64,000 nt of DNA from Trebonia sp. (GTDB taxonomy: Bacteria > Actinomycetota > Actinomycetes > Streptosporangiales > Streptosporangiaceae), in assembly GCA_036276115.1 (NCBI GenBank), contig DATBEM010000025.1, positions 1 to 64,000 of the forward strand, given 5' to 3'. Shown here in pieces: positions 54,144 through 64,000 of the stretch. Position 1 is the stretch's first letter. Each line of letters opens with the position of its first letter. The notes beneath the pieces are model-generated. The model searched no databases. It was given only the letters and a program-made list of their open reading frames with translations, and was not told where the DNA came from. The translations under genes were made by a program, and so were the position numbers.

Positions 54144-56930
54144 CTACTGGACCGCCACCGCCAGCAGGTCGTACGGGTCGGTCGCCGGGCTCGTGTCGCT
54201 GACCGGTACCGAGGTCCCGGCCGCGGGGGTGGCGGCCCGCAGCGACTGCACCCAGACGGTGCGCCCGCCCGGCGCGTTGAGCTGCGCGAGGATGCCCTGG
54301 CCGCTGCCGGCGGCGTGGGCGGCGTACCGCTTCCAGTCGGCGCCGACGGCGAACACCCAGGAGTTGGCGGCCGGCGTCGTCAGCGCCACGTGGGGTGCCC
54401 CGGTCCCGGCGGCGAACGCCTCGGGCCCGATGCCGGACGCGTTCTGGTAGGACAGCAGCGTCAGCGTCTCGTCGTAGCCCTTGACGGCACCGGTAACCGT
54501 GATCGCGGCGTTGGACAGCGGCCCGGCCGGGATCGCGGCCCAGATCTCGGTGTCGCTGCCGGCCGGGTCCTGGCGGCTGATCAGGTACCAGGTCAGCCCG
54601 CCGCCGCTGACGGTGGCGGACTGGCGGCCGGCGGCGGGCCCGTTCCCGGCCACGAACGCGACTAGCAGGTCGCCCGCCACCGGGGTGGTGACGTGCGCGG
54701 TGGCGGCGGTGGCGCTCCAGGCGGTGGTGATGGAGGCGATGGACGGGGCAGTGCCGGGCGTGCCCGCGGGCTTGCGGACCGTCAGCACCTCGCCCCCGCA
54801 GGCGCTGGTGGACCCGAGGTTGGCCGAGTTGCCGCTGTAGCTGGCCCGCCAGTAGTAGGTTCCGGCCGCCAGCGTCTCGGCGGAGGAGCTGGCAGGCTTG
54901 CCCTTCGTCACGGTGCCGGTCCCGGCGGTGGCGACGAGCCTGGTGCAGGCGGCGTCGGAGTACACCCGGTAGGTGACCGTGCCGGTCGCGGTGGCGGCGT
55001 TCTTCCCGGTCAAGGTGGCGGTGTCAACGGCCGGCTGCCCGGCCGGGAGGCTGATCCTCGCGCCCGTCTGGGCGTCGCCGGCCAGCGCGGTAGTGATGGC
55101 GGTGCCGGGCGGGGCCGGGGTCACGGTCTCGACCTCCCCGGCGGCGCCGCAGGTGCTGGCGGACGCCTTGTCCCGCGCGTCGCCGGAGTAGGCGGCCTTC
55201 CAGTAGTAGGTGCCAGCGGGCAGCGCGACGGCCGCGGAGCGGGGCGCCGCCCCGCCCGCCACGGTGACCGCGCCGGCCGCCTTGGCGACGGTGGTGCACG
55301 CCGCGTTGGAGTACGCCGTGTATGTCACGGTCCCGGTCGCGGTAGCCGCGTTGGCGCCCGCCAGGGTCGCGCCGTCGGTCACGGCGGTGCCCGCCACGAC
55401 GCTGATCTTCGCCCCGGCCTTGCCGCCCCCGGACAGCGAGGTCGCGACCGTCGTGGCCGCCGCCGCCGATGCCCAGCTGACCGTCGCGGTGTTCGACTTC
55501 TCCGGGGCGCCGTTCGCGTCGGTGAAGCTCACCTGGACCACGTCCTGGCCAGCTGCCTTCCCGCTGTAGGTGAAGCTGGCGCTGCCCGCGGCGTCAGTCG
55601 TCGCGTCGCCGGCCGTCCCGGCGTCCGGCCCGGACAAGACCGTGAACGTGACCGCCTTGCTGGCGACGGGATTGCCGTCGTCGTCCTGGACCCTGGTCGT
55701 CAGGGTGTACGGCGCGCCCACCGGGCTGGTGCCAGTCGCCGGGCTCAGGGTGGCTCCCTGGCCGACCACCGCGATCGCGGAGTCGAGCTCGAACCCGGTG
55801 AAGAAGATGTTGTCGTCCTGGGACGGGTTGTCGGTGCTCACCGTGATCGAGGTATCGCCGTTGTGCACGAACGGCAGCAGGTCATACAGCTCGTCGTCGC
55901 ACCGCGGCGGGCCGGCCTCGCAGTCCGCGTCGCCGCCGGCCGGGTCGGGCGGGTTGGCCGGGCTGTCGCCGACGCCGCCCACGGTGATGAGCTCGCCATT
56001 GCCGCAGGCAGTGAAGTCCGGGGGCGTGTCGTACTTGCAGATCGAGTCGTCGTTGCCGCCGGCGGACGACGTGAGCCTGGTCCCGTCGACGCTGATGTCG
56101 CTGTCCTGGGGTACCTCCTGACCCTGGTAGCTCCAGGAGTCGCCGATGCTCATCGTCAGGGCCAGGTTCTTGTTGGCGAGGTTGAGCGGCTGGGCCAGCC
56201 CGATCGAGTAGTTGTCACCGGTCGCCTTGAGCGCGCCGAACTCCAAGCTGACGGTGTTGTCGGTCGGCAGGGCCGGGTCCTGCATGATGACGGCCAGGAT
56301 CTCGCCGTCGATGTTGTCGGCCTCGTCGGTGGTGTTCGGCTCGGTGACGGTGAATGAGACGTTCCCGGCCGGGGCGGTGTCCACCACCGGCCTGACGATG
56401 GACGTGACATCGGTCCAGACGCTGTTGACCGGGCCGTCAGTGCCCGCCAGGTCGTTGAAGACGCTGTTCGCGGCCGGGAACGACAGCGGTTTCCCGTCCA
56501 GGGCGACATCGCCGTTCGCCACCGTGTAGCCCGGGACGCCGGCGGCTAGCAGGTACGCGGCCTGCACGGTGACCCCGGCGTCGCGCTTTTGCGCCAGGAC
56601 CGGGCCGCCGGCGGTGTCCGCGGGGCCGATGCCGATGCCGTCCTCGGACATGTAGACCTTGCCCGCCGCCGTCGCGAACGGCGCCAGGCCACCGGCGTCT
56701 GCCTGGGCGGCCGGGCGGGCGGAGTGCGCCCGGGCGGCCGCGGGAGCGGTCCCGGTAGTGCCCGGCACCACGCGCGACGTGGTCGCCGCGCTGGCCCCCG
56801 GGCCGGCCGCGAAGCTGGCCCCGAGCACCACTGCGCCGGCCGCCAGCCCGGCCAGGACCTGGCGCCGCCGGCCCGCGATCCGCGCTGGCGGGGGCGCGTG
56901 CTTGCCTCTGCTCATGGCCTGTCCCCTCAT
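54144..56930 (-). CDS. Large secreted/cell-surface protein (928 aa) with tandem Ig-like repeats
   Basis: N-terminal RRRQVLAGLAAGAVVLGASFAAGPGASA Tat-like signal; two ~100-aa repeats (GTVTYTAYSNAACTTV…AGTYYWKAAYSGD… / GTVTYRVYSDAACTRL…AGTYYWRASYSGN…). Confidence 0.65.
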   Translation of the reverse strand: MRGQAMSRGKHAPPPARIAGRRRQVLAGLAAGAVVLGASFAAGPGASAATTSRVVPGTTGTAPAAARAHSARPAAQADAGGLAPFATAAGKVYMSEDGIGIGPADTAGGPVLAQKRDAGVTVQAAYLLAAGVPGYTVANGDVALDGKPLSFPAANSVFNDLAGTDGPVNSVWTDVTSIVRPVVDTAPAGNVSFTVTEPNTTDEADNIDGEILAVIMQDPALPTDNTVSLEFGALKATGDNYSIGLAQPLNLANKNLALTMSIGDSWSYQGQEVPQDSDISVDGTRLTSSAGGNDDSICKYDTPPDFTACGNGELITVGGVGDSPANPPDPAGGDADCEAGPPRCDDELYDLLPFVHNGDTSITVSTDNPSQDDNIFFTGFELDSAIAVVGQGATLSPATGTSPVGAPYTLTTRVQDDDGNPVASKAVTFTVLSGPDAGTAGDATTDAAGSASFTYSGKAAGQDVVQVSFTDANGAPEKSNTATVSWASAAAATTVATSLSGGGKAGAKISVVAGTAVTDGATLAGANAATATGTVTYTAYSNAACTTVAKAAGAVTVAGGAAPRSAAVALPAGTYYWKAAYSGDARDKASASTCGAAGEVETVTPAPPGTAITTALAGDAQTGARISLPAGQPAVDTATLTGKNAATATGTVTYRVYSDAACTRLVATAGTGTVTKGKPASSSAETLAAGTYYWRASYSGNSANLGSTSACGGEVLTVRKPAGTPGTAPSIASITTAWSATAATAHVTTPVAGDLLVAFVAGNGPAAGRQSATVSGGGLTWYLISRQDPAGSDTEIWAAIPAGPLSNAAITVTGAVKGYDETLTLLSYQNASGIGPEAFAAGTGAPHVALTTPAANSWVFAVGADWKRYAAHAAGSGQGILAQLNAPGGRTVWVQSLRAATPAAGTSVPVSDTSPATDPYDLLAVAVQ

Positions 56931-57096
56931 TCCCCGGCCTCCTGGCCGCCCCCGGGCCGTAGTCAGGTCAGCGCCCCGGCCCGCGCGGCCACGTGGCCGC
57001 CGCTAACGGGATGACGCGCGACGACGGGCGCTGGTTCACGGGACAGGCCGCGATTTCACCAGAAATGCACCACCCGGCGGTGCCACCGCCGGGTAA

Positions 57097-58485
57097 TCAG
57101 GCGACGTGGGCGGCGACCGCGGCGGCCTGGGCGGGGTTCACGCGGACGGCGCCGGCGAACTCGCCCCCGAAGGCGGCGGGCACCACTTCGACGTTCTCGC
57201 CGGGCTGGGGAGCCTGGATCATCCACCCGTTGCCGAGGTAGATCGCGACATGCGAGATGTAATTCGGCGCGGTCGCGTCGGTGTGGTAAAAGAGCAGGTC
57301 GCCCGGCTGCAGCTGGCTCATCGGGACGGCCGGGCCGGTGAGCGCCTGGTCGGCCGCCACCCGGGGCATCGTGATCCCGGCCTGCCGGAAGGACCACTGG
57401 ACGAGGCCCGAGCAGTCGAAGACGTTCGGCCCGTTGCCGCCCCAGACGTAGGGCAGGCCCTGGCGGCCCATCGCGGCGGCGAGCATGGCGTTGATCGCGC
57501 TGGCAGGGGCGCCGCTCAGCGTGGATGACCCGGAGCCGGCCGCGCCGCTGGTGCCCGTGGCCCCGCCGGTGGTGACCACGCTCACGAGCTGCTGGACGCC
57601 CGCGCCCTTGGGCAGCAGCTTGGACACGGCGCTGGCGACCGCGGCGATGCCGGTGCCGCGCACGCTGATCACGACCGCGTTGTTAGCGGGGGCGCCGAGG
57701 CCGCGGGCGACATCGTGGGAGACGACCGCGTCGACCCCGCTGATGCCGAGGGTGCCGAACGCGACGACCTTGAGCTTCTCGTTGACCTTGCCCGCCACGG
57801 CGAGCTTGCCGCCGAGCGGGAGCTTGTCAAGCTTGCCCATCGTGTACGAGACGGCGATCCCGCCGTCGGCGACGCCGCTCCACAGCGCGTCGGACTTGGC
57901 CGTCGCGGTGGCCGCGAACGACCGGAACCCGGACGGGTCCACCCCGAGGACGGCCGTGTAGCTGCCGCCCGCCTTGATGCGCACCGCCTCGACCGGCTCG
58001 GCGGCGGTCACGTCGCCCACGTGCCTGATGGAGCTCAAGACCGAGGCGGGCAGCGTGGAGGGGGAGACCACGATCAGGTCAGCGGTCCGCGTCCCGCTGT
58101 ACGGGGCGACCGCGGGGGCGCCGGGCTCGCTGGCCACGGGCACCGCCATGGTGGACTCGACCGACTCGGTGGTATCGGGCAGGTAGCTCACGACCGGGGC
58201 GTTGCTGGTGACCGGCTGGACCGGCGGCAGCGTGGCCACCGCGGCGGGGGCGGAGCTGGCGCTGGCGGGCGCGGCCGCGCGGACAACCGGGGCCGGGCCG
58301 CCGGACGCCGGCGGGTGGCCGAGCACGGCGACCCCGCCGCCGACGGCCACGCCGAGCGCGGCGGTCGCCGCGACGCCCGCGGGCAGCAGCTTGCGCCAGC
58401 CTGCCTGCCGCCAGCTAACGCCCGGCCACTGGCCTCGCCTGATCGCCCGCATGATCTCGCGCGTCCCTTCGCCGGTCAGCTGCAC
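57097..58485 (-). CDS. NlpC/P60 family peptidoglycan endopeptidase with long N-terminal domain
   Basis: C-terminal GLPYVWGGNGPNVFDCSGLVQW…ISHVAIYLG… (Cys-His catalytic pair). Confidence 0.8.
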   Translation of the reverse strand: MQLTGEGTREIMRAIRRGQWPGVSWRQAGWRKLLPAGVAATAALGVAVGGGVAVLGHPPASGGPAPVVRAAAPASASSAPAAVATLPPVQPVTSNAPVVSYLPDTTESVESTMAVPVASEPGAPAVAPYSGTRTADLIVVSPSTLPASVLSSIRHVGDVTAAEPVEAVRIKAGGSYTAVLGVDPSGFRSFAATATAKSDALWSGVADGGIAVSYTMGKLDKLPLGGKLAVAGKVNEKLKVVAFGTLGISGVDAVVSHDVARGLGAPANNAVVISVRGTGIAAVASAVSKLLPKGAGVQQLVSVVTTGGATGTSGAAGSGSSTLSGAPASAINAMLAAAMGRQGLPYVWGGNGPNVFDCSGLVQWSFRQAGITMPRVAADQALTGPAVPMSQLQPGDLLFYHTDATAPNYISHVAIYLGNGWMIQAPQPGENVEVVPAAFGGEFAGAVRVNPAQAAAVAAHVA

Positions 58486-58560
58486 AGGTGTAAAGATGCC
58501 GCAAAAGCGGGGCGTGAGTCCAGTCTAATGCCCCATTGTTGGGTTATTCGTACGATTCGT

Positions 58561-60732
<2,172 letters not shown>

Positions 60733-60841
60733 GCCCTCATTGTCGCCGCTGGCAGGAGCTGATACGGCCCTGTCACCAGTGCCAGGCCCGTGACAGCGCC
60801 GTGTGCGCGCCCTGCCAGGGCCGCCCCGCAGACTAAGGGAC

Positions 60842-61819
60842 ATGACAGACCTAGCGATTGAGGCCATCGGGCTCACGAAGTCCTTTGGCGAGACGAAGGC
60901 GCTGACGGGGGTGGACCTGTCGGCCCGCAAGGGGACCGTGCTGGGCGTCCTGGGGCCGAACGGCGCCGGGAAGACCACGGCGGTCCGCATCCTGGCCACG
61001 CTGCTGCGAGCGGATTCGGGCAAGGCCCGGGTCAACGGCTACGACGTCCGTGCCCAGGCCGACAAGGTCCGCCAGAGCATCGGCCTGACCGGCCAGTTCG
61101 CGTCGGTGGACGATGACCTGACCGGGATGGAGAACCTGGTCATGATCGGCCAGCTGCTGGACTTGACCGCGAAGGCGGCCAAGGCCCGGGCGGCCGAGTT
61201 GCTGGAGTGGTTCGACCTGACCGAGGCGGGCAGGAAGCGGGCGAAGAACTACTCGGGCGGCATGCGGCGGCGGCTGGACCTGGCCGCGTCCCTGGTTGGC
61301 CGGCCGCCGGTGATCTTCCTGGACGAGCCGACGACCGGGCTGGACCCGGCCAAGCGCGAGGACATGTGGGACGTCGTCCGCTCGCTTGTCAGCGACGGGT
61401 CCACAGTGCTGCTGACCACGCAGTACCTGGAGGAGGCGGACGCCCTCGCCGACGAGATCACCGTGATTGACCATGGCGCCGTCATCGCCCACGACACCCC
61501 GCACGGGCTCAAGCGCGTGGTCGGCGGCCAGCGGCTGACCGTCCACCCGATCGACCCGGCCCGCTACGACGACCTGATGGCGGTGCTGTCCGGGATCACG
61601 GCGGTCGACGGGCACGCCCCCGAGACCAACGGCCGCGGCTCGGTGACGGTCCGCGTCGCCGGCGACGACGTGCTGCCCGACGTGGTGGCCAAGCTCCGCG
61701 CGGCCAGCATCGCGGTGGACGAGCTCTCCCTGCACCTGCCCAGCCTGGACGAGGTGTTCTTCACGCTGACCGGGACCCGGTCGCACGACTCCCTGGCCTT
61801 CCAGGAGGTATCGGCATGA
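60842..61819 (+). CDS. ABC transporter ATP-binding protein (DrrA/ABC-2 type)
   Basis: Walker [10 protein letters not shown], signature YSGGMRRRL, Walker [12 protein letters not shown]. Confidence 0.85.
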   Translation: MTDLAIEAIGLTKSFGETKALTGVDLSARKGTVLGVLGPNGAGKTTAVRILATLLRADSGKARVNGYDVRAQADKVRQSIGLTGQFASVDDDLTGMENLVMIGQLLDLTAKAAKARAAELLEWFDLTEAGRKRAKNYSGGMRRRLDLAASLVGRPPVIFLDEPTTGLDPAKREDMWDVVRSLVSDGSTVLLTTQYLEEADALADEITVIDHGAVIAHDTPHGLKRVVGGQRLTVHPIDPARYDDLMAVLSGITAVDGHAPETNGRGSVTVRVAGDDVLPDVVAKLRAASIAVDELSLHLPSLDEVFFTLTGTRSHDSLAFQEVSA

Positions 61820-62622
61820 CCGCCATGACCCTGACCACCACCGCCGTCGCGCCCGCGCGGTCGCGGTTCAACCCCAAGCACGCGCTGGTCCTGGCCAAGC
61901 GCAACGTCATCAAGTCCATGCGCACGCCCGAGCAGTTCATGGACGTCACGCTGCAGCCGATCATCTTCCTGGGCTTGTTCACCTACATCTTCGGCGGGGC
62001 GCTGGCCGGCGGCTCGCAGCACTCCTACCTGGAGTTCCTGCTGCCGGGCATGCTCGGCCAGACGATCGCGATGAGTAGCATCGCCATCGGGCAGAACCTG
62101 CACGCCGACATCGACAAGGGCGTCTTCGACCGGTTCCGGTCACTGCCGATCGCCCGGGCGATGCCCCTGATCGGCGCGGTGATGGCGGAGTTCATCCGCT
62201 ACACGCTGGTGTTCGTGGTCACCGTCGGGTTCGGCTACGTCATCGGCTTCCGGATCGGGACCGACCCGCTCAAGGTGCTCGGCGCCTTCGCGCTGTGCAT
62301 CGCCTTCGCGCTGGCGTTCGCGTGGGTCTCGGTGTTCGTCGGCATGACCGTCCGCAGCGCGGGCGCCGTGCAGGGCATCATGTTCCTGTTCATCTTCCCG
62401 CTGTCGTTCGGCAGCAACGTCTTCGTCCAGCCCAAGACGATGCCGGGCTGGCTGCAGGCCTTCGTGAACGTCAACCCGATGTCGCACATGGTGTCGGCCG
62501 TGCGCGGCCTGATGCTCGGCGGCCCGGTCGGCACGCAGGTGCTGTGGACGCTCGCCTGGTGCGCCGGCCTGCTGGTCGTCTTCTTCCCGCTGGCCCTGCG
62601 CGGCTACATCCGGCGGGCGTGA
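61816..62622 (+). CDS. ABC-2 family transporter permease (DrrB-like), 6 TM
   Basis: ABC-2 membrane domain; 4-bp overlap with upstream ATPase gene. Confidence 0.8.
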   Translation: MTAMTLTTTAVAPARSRFNPKHALVLAKRNVIKSMRTPEQFMDVTLQPIIFLGLFTYIFGGALAGGSQHSYLEFLLPGMLGQTIAMSSIAIGQNLHADIDKGVFDRFRSLPIARAMPLIGAVMAEFIRYTLVFVVTVGFGYVIGFRIGTDPLKVLGAFALCIAFALAFAWVSVFVGMTVRSAGAVQGIMFLFIFPLSFGSNVFVQPKTMPGWLQAFVNVNPMSHMVSAVRGLMLGGPVGTQVLWTLAWCAGLLVVFFPLALRGYIRRA

Positions 62623-62644
62623 CCCCCGGCCGGGCCCGCGGGGC

Positions 62645-64000
62645 CTACAACGAAGCCGGGTCGAGGAGCGCGAGCGCCTCGGCCCGGCTCAGGGCCTTTC
62701 CCCGGTCGTACGCGGCGGCGTACGGGCCGGGGCCGATCTCATCCCGCAGCCGCGGCCCCAGCATCGTCAGCGTCAGGTCGGTGCGGTCCTCCGCGCCGCG
62801 CACGGCGGCGCAGGCCCCGAGCATCTCGGCCGCGTGCGCGGGCCGGCCGAGCGCGCGGGCCAGGTGGGCGGTCGCGCCCGCCACGGTCGCGACGAGCGGC
62901 ATGTCGCGGGAGTCGATCGCCTCCTGGAAGGCCCGCACGGCCCGCTCCCGGGCCAGCGGCAGGTCCGCGTCGGCGATGGCGAGCAGCAGCCCCGCCGCCC
63001 AGACGACGGCGGTCAGGTGGTGCCGGGCCGGGTGGTTCGGGCTGAGCAGGGCGATCCCCTCGGCCGCGGTCGCGTGGCGCACCCGCGCCAGCTCGGCGTT
63101 CCCGAACGTGACCTCGAACATCGCGAACCCGGCCGACACGATCGCGGCCTCCATGCCCGAGCCCTCCCGCTCGCAGGCCTCCAGCGCGGCGGTGAACAGC
63201 GCCCGGGCGCCGTCGAGGTCACCGCGGCGGGCGGCGATGTCGGCCAGCTGCAGCCGCATCTGCGACTCGTCGTCGCGCGAGCCCATCTCGTGCAGCACCC
63301 GCCCCGCCTCGCCGTAGCAGGCGGCGGCCCCCTCCAGGTCCCCGTCGAGCATCCGCACGCTGCCGGCCACGCGCAGGGCGCTGGACAGCCCCCACCGCTC
63401 GCCGAGCGCGCGGAACCGCTCGAGCGCCTGGACTGAGGCCGCCCGCAGCGCGTCCATGTCGCCGTCGTTCTCGGCGATGGCGGCCGAGATCATCCACGTC
63501 GCCGCCACCAGCCACTCGTCCCGGCTGGCGAGCGCGTCGTCGACGTACGCGCGGGCGCGCGCGCTGTCGTGCAGGAACATCGCGTACCCGGCCCGCAGCA
63601 GCCCGGCGAACGGGTGCTTCTCGATGTCCAGCGCGTCGACCCGGTCGGCGAGGTCCCGGAAGTTGACCTCGGCGTCCGGGTCCTCGCGGGCCTCCGGGGT
63701 GATCGACGCGGTGATCAGGTGAATGGCCTCGGCGATGGTCCGCAGGTCCGGGTCCGCCTCGCCGGGGACCCCGACCGCCTGCCCGACCAGGTCCACGATG
63801 TCCCCGTGGTTGCCGAGCAGGAACGCCAGCCAGGCCACCGATACCGACAGGTCGATCGCCGGGCCGGCCTCGCCCGCCTCGCACCAGTAGCGCAGCGCCG
63901 CGAGGACGTTGTCCCGGTCCGCCTCGACCCGCTTCAGCCAGGTGAGCTGGTCGCGGGTCAGCAGGTTCGGCATCGCCTCGGCCATCAGGCCGGAGTAGTA
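62645..64000 (-). CDS. C-terminal TPR-rich portion of a large regulator (AfsR/SARP- or LAL-type); N-terminus beyond window end
   Basis: Reading frame stays open to base 64000; Ala/Leu-rich helical repeats, …DNVLAALRYW… motif typical of the helical repeat region of large ATPase-type regulators. Confidence 0.5.
   Translation of the reverse strand, partial: YYSGLMAEAMPNLLTRDQLTWLKRVEADRDNVLAALRYWCEAGEAGPAIDLSVSVAWLAFLLGNHGDIVDLVGQAVGVPGEADPDLRTIAEAIHLITASITPEAREDPDAEVNFRDLADRVDALDIEKHPFAGLLRAGYAMFLHDSARARAYVDDALASRDEWLVAATWMISAAIAENDGDMDALRAASVQALERFRALGERWGLSSALRVAGSVRMLDGDLEGAAACYGEAGRVLHEMGSRDDESQMRLQLADIAARRGDLDGARALFTAALEACEREGSGMEAAIVSAGFAMFEVTFGNAELARVRHATAAEGIALLSPNHPARHHLTAVVWAAGLLLAIADADLPLARERAVRAFQEAIDSRDMPLVATVAGATAHLARALGRPAHAAEMLGACAAVRGAEDRTDLTLTMLGPRLRDEIGPGPYAAAYDRGKALSRAEALALLDPASL

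Noticed and set aside
54693-56357. 554-aa plus-strand ORF
   Set aside because: Antisense to the Ig-repeat secreted protein gene; Gly/Arg-rich artefact.
62645-64000. Full-length regulator call
   Set aside because: The reading frame runs off the window; only the C-terminal TPR portion is visible, so the family (SARP versus LAL) cannot be fixed.

Overview
High-GC (~70%+) actinobacterial chromosomal segment, densely coding on both strands, with about 60 genes. No rRNA, CRISPR array or transposase/IS element was found. The only RNA gene is a tRNA-Met (CAT). I could not name one clear previously undescribed system; the strongest candidate is the 39.9-48.8 kb polyprenyl-phosphate-dependent glycosylation cluster, with the Tat-secreted paralogue pair at 9.5-11.9 kb and the rnhA/PPK2 triple repeat as secondary leads.

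Main blocks along the window:
- 1-5616: ABC exporter of the FtsX/MacB type, with two permeases (one a 949-aa dual-FtsX protein) and two separate ATPase genes.
- 5613-8392: minus-strand operon of a MscR-like zinc alcohol dehydrogenase (mycothiol-dependent formaldehyde dehydrogenase type), a sulfotransferase-like protein and a class IV aminotransferase.
- 8480-9406: PhzF-family isomerase.
- 9508-11907: two paralogous Tat-signal secreted proteins that share a ~150-aa N-terminal domain.
- 11944-15182: a multi-TM GT2 glycosyltransferase followed by a large polytopic membrane protein that carries an in-frame 18-bp x4-5 tandem repeat.
- 15215-33287, housekeeping and accessory genes:
  - Enzymes: beta carbonic anhydrase, L,D-transpeptidase, MaoC dehydratase, LysM/lysozyme-like secreted protein, RNase H, PPK2, PNPOx-like protein, Maf, Gfo/Idh/MocA oxidoreductase, LLM oxidoreductase, SDR.
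  - Membrane and regulatory proteins: NfeD-flotillin pair, MFS transporter, STAS antagonist, DUF1707/LiaF-like membrane protein, TetR regulator, large LAL-type LuxR regulator.
- 34.1-37.7 kb: signs of gene decay, namely a multiply frameshifted, N-terminally truncated arylsulfatase remnant and an alpha/beta-hydrolase C-terminal remnant in an oversized intergenic region.
- 38909-39670: XRE (YozG-like) regulator and polytopic membrane protein operon, with a palindromic operator upstream.
- 39817-39893: tRNA-Met.
- 39.9-48.8 kb: coherent cell-envelope glycosylation-type cluster. It contains a 953-aa membrane protein with a Ser/Thr-rich C-terminus, a GT-C/DUF2029-like membrane protein, a 477-aa polytopic membrane protein, an IspD-like cytidylyltransferase (GTG start), a class III aminotransferase and a GtrB/ArnC-like GT2. 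This is the best candidate in the window for a poorly characterised surface-polymer modification system.
- Downstream: PhoH2 (PIN-PhoH fusion), a DUF222-HNH 13E12-type gene with internal low-complexity tandem repeats, a short-chain Z-prenyl diphosphate synthase, a 928-aa Ig-repeat secreted protein, an NlpC/P60 endopeptidase, a DUF255 thioredoxin-domain protein, a DrrAB-like ABC pair, and the C-terminal TPR part of a regulator that runs off the window end.

Many long ORFs in the six-frame track are opposite-strand or alternate-frame artefacts of the high GC content and were rejected.
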